DNA from: a virus
Lineage: Duplodnaviria > Caudoviricetes
DNA length: 64,000 nucleotides
Virus record (IMG/VR): IMGVR_UViG_3300024269_000024
Span: 64,001-128,000 of that record
Direction: 5' to 3' (one strand)
The notes under the pieces are model-generated. The model saw only the letters and a list, made by a program, of their open reading frames with translations, made no database searches and had not been told where the DNA came from. Both the position numbers and the translations under genes were made by a program. This document shows positions 46,122 to 54,325 of this stretch, in pieces. The stretch's first letter is position 1. The number at the start of each line of letters is the position of its first letter.

Positions 46122-48062
46122 TCACTCATTTTTGTCAATCATGCTCAAAAATTCTTCCTCTGTGATAATTGGCACTCCAAGCTCAACCGCTTTCTTGTAC
46201 TTAGAAGATCCACTCTGTTCATTTGTGATAAGGTAGTCAGTCTTCTTGGATACAGAGCCAACTGCTTTTGCGCCAAGAGATGCAATCTTTTCATTGATAG
46301 AATCTCTGGTGAAGTGGTTAAGTTTGCCTGTAACACAAATAGATTTACCGTTAAATTGGCTGTTACTTACACTTTTCTTTTCAGGAACAATAAAGTGCAT
46401 CTCGTCAGCAAGCCTGAGAATATCCGAATAATTATATTCTAAATAATTATCAAGAGTTGTAGCCATTGTTTCACCAAAATCGTCCAACGTGTCCCATGGG
46501 AATCCATGAGAATATGCATCCGCCCAATCGTGAAAACTCCCATTAAACTTCTGCGAGATGGTTTTAGCGGCAGACAAACCAATGTTGGGGATACCAAGTG
46601 CTGCAATGAAGTTCTCAAGCTTCACATTGCGTGATTTCTCTATGCTAGACAATAGTTTTTCAACCGATTTAGCTCCTAAACCATCTAGCTTGATAAGTTG
46701 GTTACGGTAGTTTGAAAGCTTATAAATGTCCAAAAAACTATTGATATAATTAAGAGAAATCAACCTTTCAAGCAAAGCCTCTGCAAGACCTTCGATGTTC
46801 ATGCACTTGCGACTTACAAAATGTACAAACTGCGCAATCTTCTTGGCAGCACAATCTGGATTTACACACATAAGTACTTGGCTATTGTCGGTATTTTTAA
46901 CAACCGTCTCTGACCCGCAACAAGGACATTTCTTTGGAGCTTCAAGAGTGTTACTTCTGGTAAGATTATCATCAATCTTAGGAATAACCATATTGCTGCG
47001 ATAAACAGTAATAGTATCACCAATACCAAGTTCAAGCTGCTTAATGATAGACAAATTATGTAGTGTTGCTCTTGTGGTTAAAGCTCCATCGAGATCAATT
47101 TCAGAAAACACGGCAGTCGGCGCAATTAAACCCGTTCTAGTCGGATTCCACTCCACATCAAGTAACGTAGTTTCATATGTACTATCCGCCCACTTAAGAG
47201 CCATTCTACAGCCCTCATGATGTGATGTTGCAGTGAGAGATTTAGAATATTCCTTCATACACATCTCGAAAATTAGACCGTCGACAGGATAACTATAAGA
47301 TTCTGGCGTCATTTCTGTTACGCAAGCTTCAACTTCCCCAAGACACCTATCCACAGTTTCAAAACCAAGATAATCTAGATATCCAAGTTCATCCCACTTA
47401 GAATCATATTTGCCGTTTTCGTCATATAGATCAGATACACACTCAAATACTATATAGGAAAGGTTTCTAACCTTAGTGATATTTGTATCAAGATTACGAA
47501 GACTGCCTGCAGCCAAATTACGAGGATGGGAATATTTATCCTCAAGAGTTTCATTAATCTTGTTGAAATTATCCCAAGAAACAACACATTCTCCACGAAG
47601 TTCAAGATCCATATCGTATGGAATATTCATGGGAAGGTTGCTAATCATCTTGGCCTGTTCGGTGACATCTTCTCCAATTGTACCCGTTCCCCTCGTAACA
47701 GCCTGTACAAACTTACCATTACTGTACCGAACGACGAGTGTCAATCCATCAAGTTTGTAACTACAATAAAACGCATTATTACCAATGAACTTTTTGATTT
47801 CATTGATATCCTTAGTTTTTGCTGCGGATAGCATTGGTTTAGTGTGTTCTACTTTAGTAAAGCCATCTAGCACAGCGCCTTGCACTTTACGCGTAGGGCT
47901 GTTGGCAAGCCAGAAATTTGCTTCGTTTTCCAGCTGTTCAAGCTCGTTATACTTTTTATCGTAAGCCGCATCACTAATAGTAGGATTGTCCATGACATAA
48001 TATTCATGACAATACCGCAGAAGCTCTACAGTTAGTTCTTTGATTCTCTCAATTCTATTCAT
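46122..48062 (-). CDS. ligA: NAD-dependent DNA ligase
   Basis: YY..D.P.ISDA.YD, KLDGL, TRG.G..GEDVT, ELRGE, PRNLAAGSLR, DGL, RATLHN, Zn finger, HhH, BRCT (SVSKKTDYLI). Confidence 0.96.
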   Translation of the reverse strand: MNRIERIKELTVELLRYCHEYYVMDNPTISDAAYDKKYNELEQLENEANFWLANSPTRKVQGAVLDGFTKVEHTKPMLSAAKTKDINEIKKFIGNNAFYCSYKLDGLTLVVRYSNGKFVQAVTRGTGTIGEDVTEQAKMISNLPMNIPYDMDLELRGECVVSWDNFNKINETLEDKYSHPRNLAAGSLRNLDTNITKVRNLSYIVFECVSDLYDENGKYDSKWDELGYLDYLGFETVDRCLGEVEACVTEMTPESYSYPVDGLIFEMCMKEYSKSLTATSHHEGCRMALKWADSTYETTLLDVEWNPTRTGLIAPTAVFSEIDLDGALTTRATLHNLSIIKQLELGIGDTITVYRSNMVIPKIDDNLTRSNTLEAPKKCPCCGSETVVKNTDNSQVLMCVNPDCAAKKIAQFVHFVSRKCMNIEGLAEALLERLISLNYINSFLDIYKLSNYRNQLIKLDGLGAKSVEKLLSSIEKSRNVKLENFIAALGIPNIGLSAAKTISQKFNGSFHDWADAYSHGFPWDTLDDFGETMATTLDNYLEYNYSDILRLADEMHFIVPEKKSVSNSQFNGKSICVTGKLNHFTRDSINEKIASLGAKAVGSVSKKTDYLITNEQSGSSKYKKAVELGVPIITEEEFLSMIDKNE

Positions 48063-48077
48063 CGCGCACTTCACCTC

Positions 48078-48383
48078 TTACTCCCCATCCATTTTTAATT
48101 CTCCAAAACTACAAAAGTCATCTGGCTCCATTTTTACATCATGTCCACAAGTAAAAGGATCAGGATCTTCTGAAAGTAGCTTGCACCTATGATATGTTCC
48201 GTCATACTCTACACAATCCTTGCAGTTAATAACTTCGCGCACTTCTTTTTCTTCATACGCATCAAACCAAAAATCTGCTTCGTAATTTAACTCTGGCACA
48301 ACAACAGTTACCTTATACATGCCCATGCTTTTATAGTAATCGGCGGCGAAATCTTCATTTTCTGCAACTCTAATTAAATCCAT
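48078..48383 (-). CDS. Cys-rich hypothetical protein
   Basis: CKDC...C...DDFCSFGE; GAGGTG SD. Confidence 0.6.
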   Translation of the reverse strand: MDLIRVAENEDFAADYYKSMGMYKVTVVVPELNYEADFWFDAYEEKEVREVINCKDCVEYDGTYHRCKLLSEDPDPFTCGHDVKMEPDDFCSFGELKMDGE

Positions 48384-48395
48384 ATACTCACCTCT

Positions 48396-48602
48396 TTATA
48401 TTCCATAAACCTTCGGCAACTTATCCATACACTCATCAAACGTCATGCTCTGATCAATAAACAAATTGTACCAACCACTATAAGGGAAGAACCATCTAAG
48501 TTCTATGATGCAGCTTTCTTTGTCAACGATTTCCAAACATTCCACAATCTCTTCTTCTGATGGTCTAGCACCATCGCACAAGTATTCTTTAATTAGTTTC
48601 AT
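48396..48602 (-). CDS. Hypothetical protein
   Basis: GAGGTG SD; packed array. Confidence 0.55.
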   Translation of the reverse strand: MKLIKEYLCDGARPSEEEIVECLEIVDKESCIIELRWFFPYSGWYNLFIDQSMTFDECMDKLPKVYGI

Positions 48603-48615
48603 ATGTTGTCACCTC

Positions 48616-48867
48616 TTAAGTTTTGCTAAAAATTCTCTCTATACAATCATTCCATCCCTCTGCATATTCGTCTCCATTAAAAGATATCAAACGCTCTACC
48701 GATTTCAATGGACACCAATCAGGTTTGCTATTTGGCTTTACATCTTGATTATCCATCGGAGAACACCAATATTCTCTAGGTGACAAGGCACTTTCCGAAT
48801 ATGATGCGCAAACAGGACATTCTCTACAACAACTTGGCATATCAATTACTAAAATTGCTTTGCTCAT
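48616..48867 (-). CDS. Cys-rich small protein (paralogue of 49452..49631)
   Basis: MSKAILVIDMP..C..C...KPDWCPLK...GWNDCI. Confidence 0.65.
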   Translation of the reverse strand: MSKAILVIDMPSCCRECPVCASYSESALSPREYWCSPMDNQDVKPNSKPDWCPLKSVERLISFNGDEYAEGWNDCIERIFSKT

Positions 48868-48879
48868 AATTACCTCTTT

Positions 48880-49092
48880 TTATGCATCCAACTTTCTGCC
48901 ACACATAGGACAATAATAAACTTCTACTGGCTTTATGCTGGGATATTTGGTCAAATATTCACCAAGAGGATATTCGACTTCTAAAAAGTATTTAAACCCA
49001 TCGTATTTATATGAACTGCATCGATATAAATTTATCTCCCATGTATTTGGTTCTTGGTGAAAATCGCAAAACTTACAATCGCTTGCTTCCAT
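48880..49092 (-). CDS. Zinc-ribbon small protein
   Basis: CKFC ... YCPMCGRKL. Confidence 0.6.
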   Translation of the reverse strand: MEASDCKFCDFHQEPNTWEINLYRCSSYKYDGFKYFLEVEYPLGEYLTKYPSIKPVEVYYCPMCGRKLDA

Positions 49093-49115
49093 ATGTAATT
49101 ACCTCTTAAACTTTT

Positions 49116-49391
49116 CTAATAATCAAAACAATTTGCTATCTTCTCTGCAAATCTATCAATTATTTTTTCAGCAATATGTTCTTTGCACAATTTATTGCAA
49201 GCTTCTTTTGCAAAATCATCAGTAATAACCTTACGCACTTCGCTCATCGCACAATCATGATACATATCCCAAATCCAATACGTATTATTTTTTGTGCGCT
49301 CAGAAATATACTGATTAACTCTTGCTTTAACTTGTTCTTTTACCATGTTTTCAATGATTTCATCTGAAATATTTATATCCATTTTTATCAC
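49116..49391 (-). CDS. Hypothetical protein
   Basis: AGGTG SD; packed array. Confidence 0.55.
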   Translation of the reverse strand: MIKMDINISDEIIENMVKEQVKARVNQYISERTKNNTYWIWDMYHDCAMSEVRKVITDDFAKEACNKLCKEHIAEKIIDRFAEKIANCFDY

Positions 49392-49408
49392 CTGTTAAAA
49401 GTATATTT

Positions 49409-49631
49409 TTATGTATCTATAATTTGTTCTACGCAACTGTTATATCCTTTTTCACCAATCTTGCTCATCGCTACCATACGATATTTCCATCTTATTTGGC
49501 ATTGGTTTTAACGGACACCAATCTGGCTTGCTATCTATGGTTATTACATCATCATATTTATGACAATGATACAACAGAATGCAGTCTTCGCATTTTTCAG
49601 GCGTGTCGATTAATAGAATGGATTTGCTCAT
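49409..49631 (-). pseudogene. Frameshifted paralogue of 48616..48867
   Basis: MSKSILLIDTP..C..C..KPDWCPLK. One extra T creates TGA at 49452-49454; removing it gives DWEKGYNSCVEQIIDT*, matching the paralogue's end. Confidence 0.6.
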
Positions 49632-49633
49632 AA

Positions 49634-49819
49634 TTATTTCACCCTCTCCATATAAGCCACTTCTCCACACTTACCGCACTTTGTCCTACGCTTACCAAAC
49701 CAATGAAAAGGAGTATGCAAGATCCAACTCCAGTAATTCTTGTAGACCATCATATTGCCACATTTAGGACAAATTACTTTTACTTCTTTCATGCTGTTTG
49801 CCTCTCTAAGACTTATCAA
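49634..49819 (-). CDS. Trp-rich zinc-ribbon small protein
   Basis: CPKCG..YWSWILHTPFHWFG...KCGKC; paralogue of 50181..50369. Confidence 0.6.
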   Translation of the reverse strand: MISLREANSMKEVKVICPKCGNMMVYKNYWSWILHTPFHWFGKRRTKCGKCGEVAYMERVK

Positions 49820-50006
49820 TTAAATCACAATACCTATTCGTTAAAATGTCAAAGCTATCTTTCAGACTGTCAAATCGAACCATTACGGACTCCAATGTGT
49901 CCAATACAATTGTTAAATTGTCTTGATATTCAGAATAGCTATCAAAATTAAGAAGAAATTCTATTACTTCGCGCAATTCTTTGGTTCTTAAATCTTCAGT
50001 TGTCAT
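49806..50006 (-). CDS. Hypothetical protein
   Basis: GGTGA SD; packed array. Confidence 0.5.
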   Translation of the reverse strand: MTTEDLRTKELREVIEFLLNFDSYSEYQDNLTIVLDTLESVMVRFDSLKDSFDILTNRYCDLIDKS

Positions 50007-50029
50007 ATAATCACCATTTAAAACTTATT

Positions 50030-50152
50030 TTATTGTGTTCTCATATCTGCCCATTGTTCCAATATATCTGGAATAAAAACAATTCCGAAAATTGTAATTA
50101 CCAATGCCAAACAAATTAATCCCATTATTATATCTAAAACAATATTCTTCAT
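50030..50152 (-). CDS. 40-aa membrane peptide (absent from ORF track)
   Basis: MKNIVLDIIMGLICLALVITIFGIVFIPDILEQWADMRTQ; fills the gap between two palindromes. Confidence 0.5.
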   Translation of the reverse strand: MKNIVLDIIMGLICLALVITIFGIVFIPDILEQWADMRTQ

Positions 50153-50180
50153 AATATCATCATTTAAAACTCTATTTTTA

Positions 50181-50369
50181 TTACTTATACCAATCAAACC
50201 ACCAAGGCTTGTTCCAATCTTGTCTAGTCATAAAGTGCTTCTTTGCATCGCAGTGCTTGCACTTAATCCACTTCTTAGAACCGAAATGAGGTGTCCAAAG
50301 CCACTTCCAAAATGTCATAATTGTATTTGTTTTGCCACAATAACGGCAAGTGTATTTTATTTCTTTCAT
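50181..50369 (-). CDS. Trp-rich zinc-ribbon small protein
   Basis: CRYCG..FWKWLWTPHFG...KCKHC. Confidence 0.6.
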   Translation of the reverse strand: MKEIKYTCRYCGKTNTIMTFWKWLWTPHFGSKKWIKCKHCDAKKHFMTRQDWNKPWWFDWYK

Positions 50370-50403
50370 ACGTTTTAACCTCTTAAAACTCTATTTTTAT
50401 ATG

Positions 50404-50619
50404 TTAACTTTCTGTACTTAAACCACAATGCTCAAGGATTGCTTTTGCTTCTTCAATAGTGAATGTTGCATATTCGGTATAACCATTGCCATTACATGCT
50501 TTGCAAACAACCTCTTCTCTTTCCATAGTGCCAGAAACATCGTCCATATAGACTGTTTTCCAATTATAATGCTTGCCAATTCCTGCACAATTTCCACATG
50601 TTACTTGTATCACATTCAT
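50404..50619 (-). CDS. DnaJ-type CxxCxGxG zinc-finger small protein
   Basis: CGNCAGIG ... CKACNGNG. Confidence 0.65.
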   Translation of the reverse strand: MNVIQVTCGNCAGIGKHYNWKTVYMDDVSGTMEREEVVCKACNGNGYTEYATFTIEEAKAILEHCGLSTES

Positions 50620-50648
50620 AATTTTTACCTCATAAAAGTTTGTTTTTA

Positions 50649-50864
50649 TTAACTGCTCATTTCTTCATCTAGTAAAGTGGTTGACCTCGACAATACAATT
50701 GCAGGTTTATCACCAATATAACCATGCATAAATCCTCGTTTACCACACCAGACATCACGTAAGGAATTCCAGTCACCATTTGGATGCTCAATTGTCACAT
50801 ATGGGTCGCACCCAAAAGTTTTAATTTCTTTTTGTAACAGTTTAATTAATTCCGACGCCTTCAT
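50649..50864 (-). CDS. Hypothetical protein
   Basis: MKASELIKLLQ; GGGGTG SD. Confidence 0.55.
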   Translation of the reverse strand: MKASELIKLLQKEIKTFGCDPYVTIEHPNGDWNSLRDVWCGKRGFMHGYIGDKPAIVLSRSTTLLDEEMSS

Positions 50865-50899
50865 TTGCGTTACACCCCATAAAATTCGTATTCTATGTG

Positions 50900-51085
50900 T
50901 CAATCCTCTCTCCTGCAACCATACCTCTTCAGCTCCGCAACAAGCTCACTCACTTCTTTGCGCAACCTCTTTAATTCACGCTCATATGTACCATCGTTAT
51001 TATCCCATGATAAATTTTCAACTATTTCATCATAGTCATTGAACGCTTCAATAATTCTTTCAAGTCTTGTCATTTTCTTTGTCAC
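50900..51085 (-). CDS. Hypothetical protein
   Basis: Overlapping stop/start packing. Confidence 0.5.
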   Translation of the reverse strand: MTKKMTRLERIIEAFNDYDEIVENLSWDNNDGTYERELKRLRKEVSELVAELKRYGCRRED

Positions 51086-51360
51086 CTTTCTTGTTTTAAC
51101 TCTTCAAGATGTGTACAACCACTAGCCCAATCATCTGAAAGTCCAGAGCATAAAGAGTTGCAATTTTTACAATACTTTTCAGTGTATTCTTCTCTTGTAA
51201 GCCTTTTGTTGTTATCAACTTGTATAGGTGTGCAAAATATGCTTGAAACCCATTCCCAATGATTGTTGATATAAATCAAGAAATCTGGATCAAAACCGTC
51301 ATTGTCTCGGATGCTATGCACATTATATTTGCCAAATTGATTGTAAAAAACCTCAAACAT
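51082..51360 (-). CDS. Hypothetical protein
   Basis: FLIY...WEWV motif then C..C...C...C; GAGG SD. Confidence 0.55.
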   Translation of the reverse strand: MFEVFYNQFGKYNVHSIRDNDGFDPDFLIYINNHWEWVSSIFCTPIQVDNNKRLTREEYTEKYCKNCNSLCSGLSDDWASGCTHLEELKQER

Positions 51361-51373
51361 GTTATTTACCTCG

Positions 51374-51967
51374 TCAGTTTTTATTTAATGAATATAATAC
51401 CTTTAGTGGGCAATTTTCATCAAGCGCATTCTTGTTAACTTTATAGTCTTCTTCTTTTAAATCCCACATCAGTTCACAACAACAGTGGGGATTACGACGA
51501 TATGGACCATCTTCATAATGTCCAATAAACTTACATTCTCCACATGTATTAGGCACCTTTGGCAATGAATCTAAAATCTTAAATATAGAATTAAAAATTC
51601 TATCAATAGTCTCCTCAGTATATCTGTCGTCATAACCAAAGTATTTTCTTTCGCATTTGCCGACGAATGTATCCAGTTTTGAAGACTTCTTTTTCTCGCG
51701 ATCATACCATTCTTTATAGTTCTTAAGCCAATAGTTATCTGCAATCGCCCACATCTGGAGCAATTCATTGTCAGTAGCATCGGTTAATGGAAGATGTCCT
51801 TTGCTTCGTGCGTACTCTGTAATTTTATCCTCTTCAAACCAATGCCAGCCTTCGCATATGCCATAAATGCCCATTCCGTATCTACCATATAGGTCTGGAT
51901 ATTCGTCTTCAGATCCAGGCCATGGTATGCAATTCCTGACCTTGTTTAGCAGTTCTTCTCTATTCAT
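51374..51967 (-). CDS. Hypothetical protein with Cys-rich C-terminus
   Basis: P..CGEC...CC...NCPLK, similar to the 48616 family. Confidence 0.55.
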   Translation of the reverse strand: MNREELLNKVRNCIPWPGSEDEYPDLYGRYGMGIYGICEGWHWFEEDKITEYARSKGHLPLTDATDNELLQMWAIADNYWLKNYKEWYDREKKKSSKLDTFVGKCERKYFGYDDRYTEETIDRIFNSIFKILDSLPKVPNTCGECKFIGHYEDGPYRRNPHCCCELMWDLKEEDYKVNKNALDENCPLKVLYSLNKN

Positions 51968-52157
51968 GCTTAAACCTCTTCATCTCTTCGATATCTTTCA
52001 ATATCTGTCTATAGTTTTCTTCATTTTCCAGATCTTCATCGCAGTATTCACACAAATATAATTGCTCAACCCGCCCTAAAACAACTGGACAATATTCATC
52101 ACCATATTTACAACCATGCCATTTACAACAATGGCTTGCGTGAACACCAATATTCAT
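51960..52157 (-). CDS. His/Cys-rich small protein
   Basis: HASHCCKWHGCKYGD..CPV...CEYC. Confidence 0.6.
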   Translation of the reverse strand: MNIGVHASHCCKWHGCKYGDEYCPVVLGRVEQLYLCEYCDEDLENEENYRQILKDIEEMKRFKHE

Positions 52158-52169
52158 TTGCCACTCCTA

Positions 52170-52514
52170 TCATCTACACTTTGCGCGAAAAGTATAATTA
52201 GATCCGTTAGTAGACGTATATAATCTACAAACAAACCCATCATCATGCCCATTGTTGGTGTAATCATATGGCTCGTTTGCTTTAATATTCTCTATATCAG
52301 ATGTAGGTATGAGAACTGTATTAACACACCAATCATCGTTACGACAATTATTGCACATTGTCCAGAGTCGATCTGGACACGCGGACTTACAAGTAACTTT
52401 AATAATGGTCCAGTGCTCTGGTTTTAATTCACAATTTTCTTCGTGTATATAGCAGCGAGTCTCATCATTTTCAAACTGCTTGCCACAGTATTCGCAAATA
52501 TAAAGCCTTTTCAT
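52170..52514 (-). CDS. C2H2-like zinc-finger protein
   Basis: YICEYCGKQF.....C..HE..C. Confidence 0.6.
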   Translation of the reverse strand: MKRLYICEYCGKQFENDETRCYIHEENCELKPEHWTIIKVTCKSACPDRLWTMCNNCRNDDWCVNTVLIPTSDIENIKANEPYDYTNNGHDDGFVCRLYTSTNGSNYTFRAKCR

Positions 52515-52524
52515 TCAAATCTCC

Positions 52525-52815
52525 TTATTTCAACCTTTCATCATGTTCTTCGTACCACGCTAATTTTTGAACACATTCTGCTTTCCAGAGCACAGCATCT
52601 AAGCAATGTTCGCACGGCTTAGTGATTTCTTCTTGTAAGCCGCCAGACATTTGAATTTCATATTGACGAGCCATCAGCTCCTTGCTCACTTCACAAGTGT
52701 TACAAGGGCATATAGCTGACAATTTTACATCTTGCCACTTGTTATGAGGGCGAAATGTTGCATCAAATGAACTCAAAGTGTCGAATACGTTTCTTTGGTA
52801 TGTTTTCCAGTCCAT
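52525..52815 (-). CDS. Hypothetical Cys-containing protein
   Basis: CPCNTC...PCEHC; packed array. Confidence 0.5.
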   Translation of the reverse strand: MDWKTYQRNVFDTLSSFDATFRPHNKWQDVKLSAICPCNTCEVSKELMARQYEIQMSGGLQEEITKPCEHCLDAVLWKAECVQKLAWYEEHDERLK

Positions 52816-52917
52816 GTTTTATGTCTCCCCATTGCCCATATTGTGCAGTATCTAATGTGACCAGGCGTCCAATCAGGATGTTTGGCACGAATGCGTGAGT
52901 AAATGAAAGAATATCTG

Positions 52918-53259
52918 TTAAATTTTTTCTTCATGCGCATATCTCCACAGCATTACGTTGCTTGCGCTAATGTCAGTAGGCATTGAAGTAAATACGATTT
53001 CCATCTCTTCTCCGCTAAAATCACAGACAATAATTCTATCTCCAATTTCTGGCATCTTATCTTCTGGATCAAACCACTCATGCTCTTCGTACTCAACATA
53101 TTCGCGTTCAACTTTATAGCCAAGCATCTCAATTAGTCTAATCCACTCATGATCTGGGACATTGTGTCCTTCGAAATGAAAATCTTCTCCGCAATTAACA
53201 TCTAGAACTACCCAGTCGCCAATACCGTCAATAGTATATTTAATATAAGGTTTACTCAC
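52918..53259 (-). CDS. Hypothetical protein with DUF551-like C-terminus
   Basis: EWFDPEDKMPE.G..IIV...V..WRY. Confidence 0.5.
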   Translation of the reverse strand: MSKPYIKYTIDGIGDWVVLDVNCGEDFHFEGHNVPDHEWIRLIEMLGYKVEREYVEYEEHEWFDPEDKMPEIGDRIIVCDFSGEEMEIVFTSMPTDISASNVMLWRYAHEEKI

Positions 53260-53684
53260 TTCAACATATCTCCAACAATTTTACTTGCAATGCTCATATC
53301 CATCTTGCCCTTGAAGTTTGCGCTCAGATACTTCATAATTTTACCCTTATTCATTTCTACACCAGAGTTGCGAATAATTTCAGCAATCTCATCCTCATTA
53401 GTGATCAGACTGGGCGCAAACTCACAAATAATCTCCATCTGCTTCTTGTAATCTTCAAGTAGATCATGACGAGATTCTGGACAAGTGTCAATCATTTCCT
53501 GTGCGGTCTTCTTGGCTTTTAGGAGAACTTCATTAACAAGCGCTTCTGGAATATTATCTCTGCATCCATTGTCAATGGCTGCGTTCTTAATCTGTGCAAT
53601 TGTAGTGGAGATAACGTTTTTGCGGAACTTGTCTCCTGATTTCATAGCGGCAATCATTGCCTGCTGTAGTGCTTCTAGTGTCAT
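53256..53684 (-). CDS. GatB/YqeY-domain protein
   Basis: M.AAMKSGDK.R..VI.....IKNA.ID...EFAP.L..E.EI...GKIMK.L....GKMDM. Confidence 0.85.
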   Translation of the reverse strand: MTLEALQQAMIAAMKSGDKFRKNVISTTIAQIKNAAIDNGCRDNIPEALVNEVLLKAKKTAQEMIDTCPESRHDLLEDYKKQMEIICEFAPSLITNEDEIAEIIRNSGVEMNKGKIMKYLSANFKGKMDMSIASKIVGDMLK

Positions 53685-53698
53685 AATTTATTCCTCCA

Positions 53699-53965
53699 TT
53701 AAAATATATAATCTTCCACGTCATATGGTCTAAAATCTCTGTAGTTGTTGTGCTTATTACAACTGTACTCATACATACATGTCAGTTCACAGCCGTATAC
53801 ATAGAACGAATTTACACAGCATCGACACATATCCCTGTCTGTCATATTCGCAATATAGTACTTGATCTTTTCTACATCTTCAAGGTGCAAAATCTCATGA
53901 TAAGCACAACATGTTTTATCTGAGAATTGCTTGCCACAGTGCTCACATTCATAGATTGTTTTCAT
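53699..53965 (-). CDS. C2H2-like zinc-finger protein
   Basis: YECEHCGKQF.DK..C..HE..H. Confidence 0.6.
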   Translation of the reverse strand: MKTIYECEHCGKQFSDKTCCAYHEILHLEDVEKIKYYIANMTDRDMCRCCVNSFYVYGCELTCMYEYSCNKHNNYRDFRPYDVEDYIF

Positions 53966-54314
53966 GATGTTCTTTCACCTGCTTAAAATATTCTGGCCAC
54001 GAAAACCATTTATCTTTCATTAAGTGCCCAATCTTAGTGATTTTAGCACCCCAGCCTTCACTTTCAACTCTGCAATACTGACCAACAAGATCTTCCCAGC
54101 ATTCTACTTCAAAGGTCTTCATTAGTTCAATAATCGCACCATAGCCATCAGAGGAATAATACTCGCCTGGTTTGCAGAACCAATGGTCTAAGCAATAGCC
54201 GCCTGGTGTGCAGCCCCAACCATCACCTTCGATTGTAATGTATGCAGTGAGACAGCCGTGATCTTCGCCAAGTCTAGTGTGAGTGATTTTGGCGTTTAGA
54301 ATTTCTGTAGACAT
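53949..54314 (-). CDS. Conserved phage hypothetical protein
   Basis: NAKI...LG.EDHG.LT...G.GWG...GGY.LD...WEDL.G.Y.RV...IGH...WF. Confidence 0.6.
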   Translation of the reverse strand: MSTEILNAKITHTRLGEDHGCLTAYITIEGDGWGCTPGGYCLDHWFCKPGEYYSSDGYGAIIELMKTFEVECWEDLVGQYCRVESEGWGAKITKIGHLMKDKWFSWPEYFKQVKEHHENNL

Positions 54315-54325
54315 ATTAAAGCTCC

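Larger units (their letters stand above)
49396..50895. repeat. Six copies of palindrome TAAAA-N4/6-TT(T/C)TA(T) at consecutive gene boundaries
   Basis: Copies at 49396-49411, 50019-50032, 50165-50180, 50384-50399, 50633-50648 and 50880-50895. Confidence 0.65.

Noticed and set aside
39129-48062. Inteins or introns in dnaE, helicase or ligA
   Set aside because: Lengths are normal, motifs are colinear, and no C...HN-C/S/T splice signatures were seen
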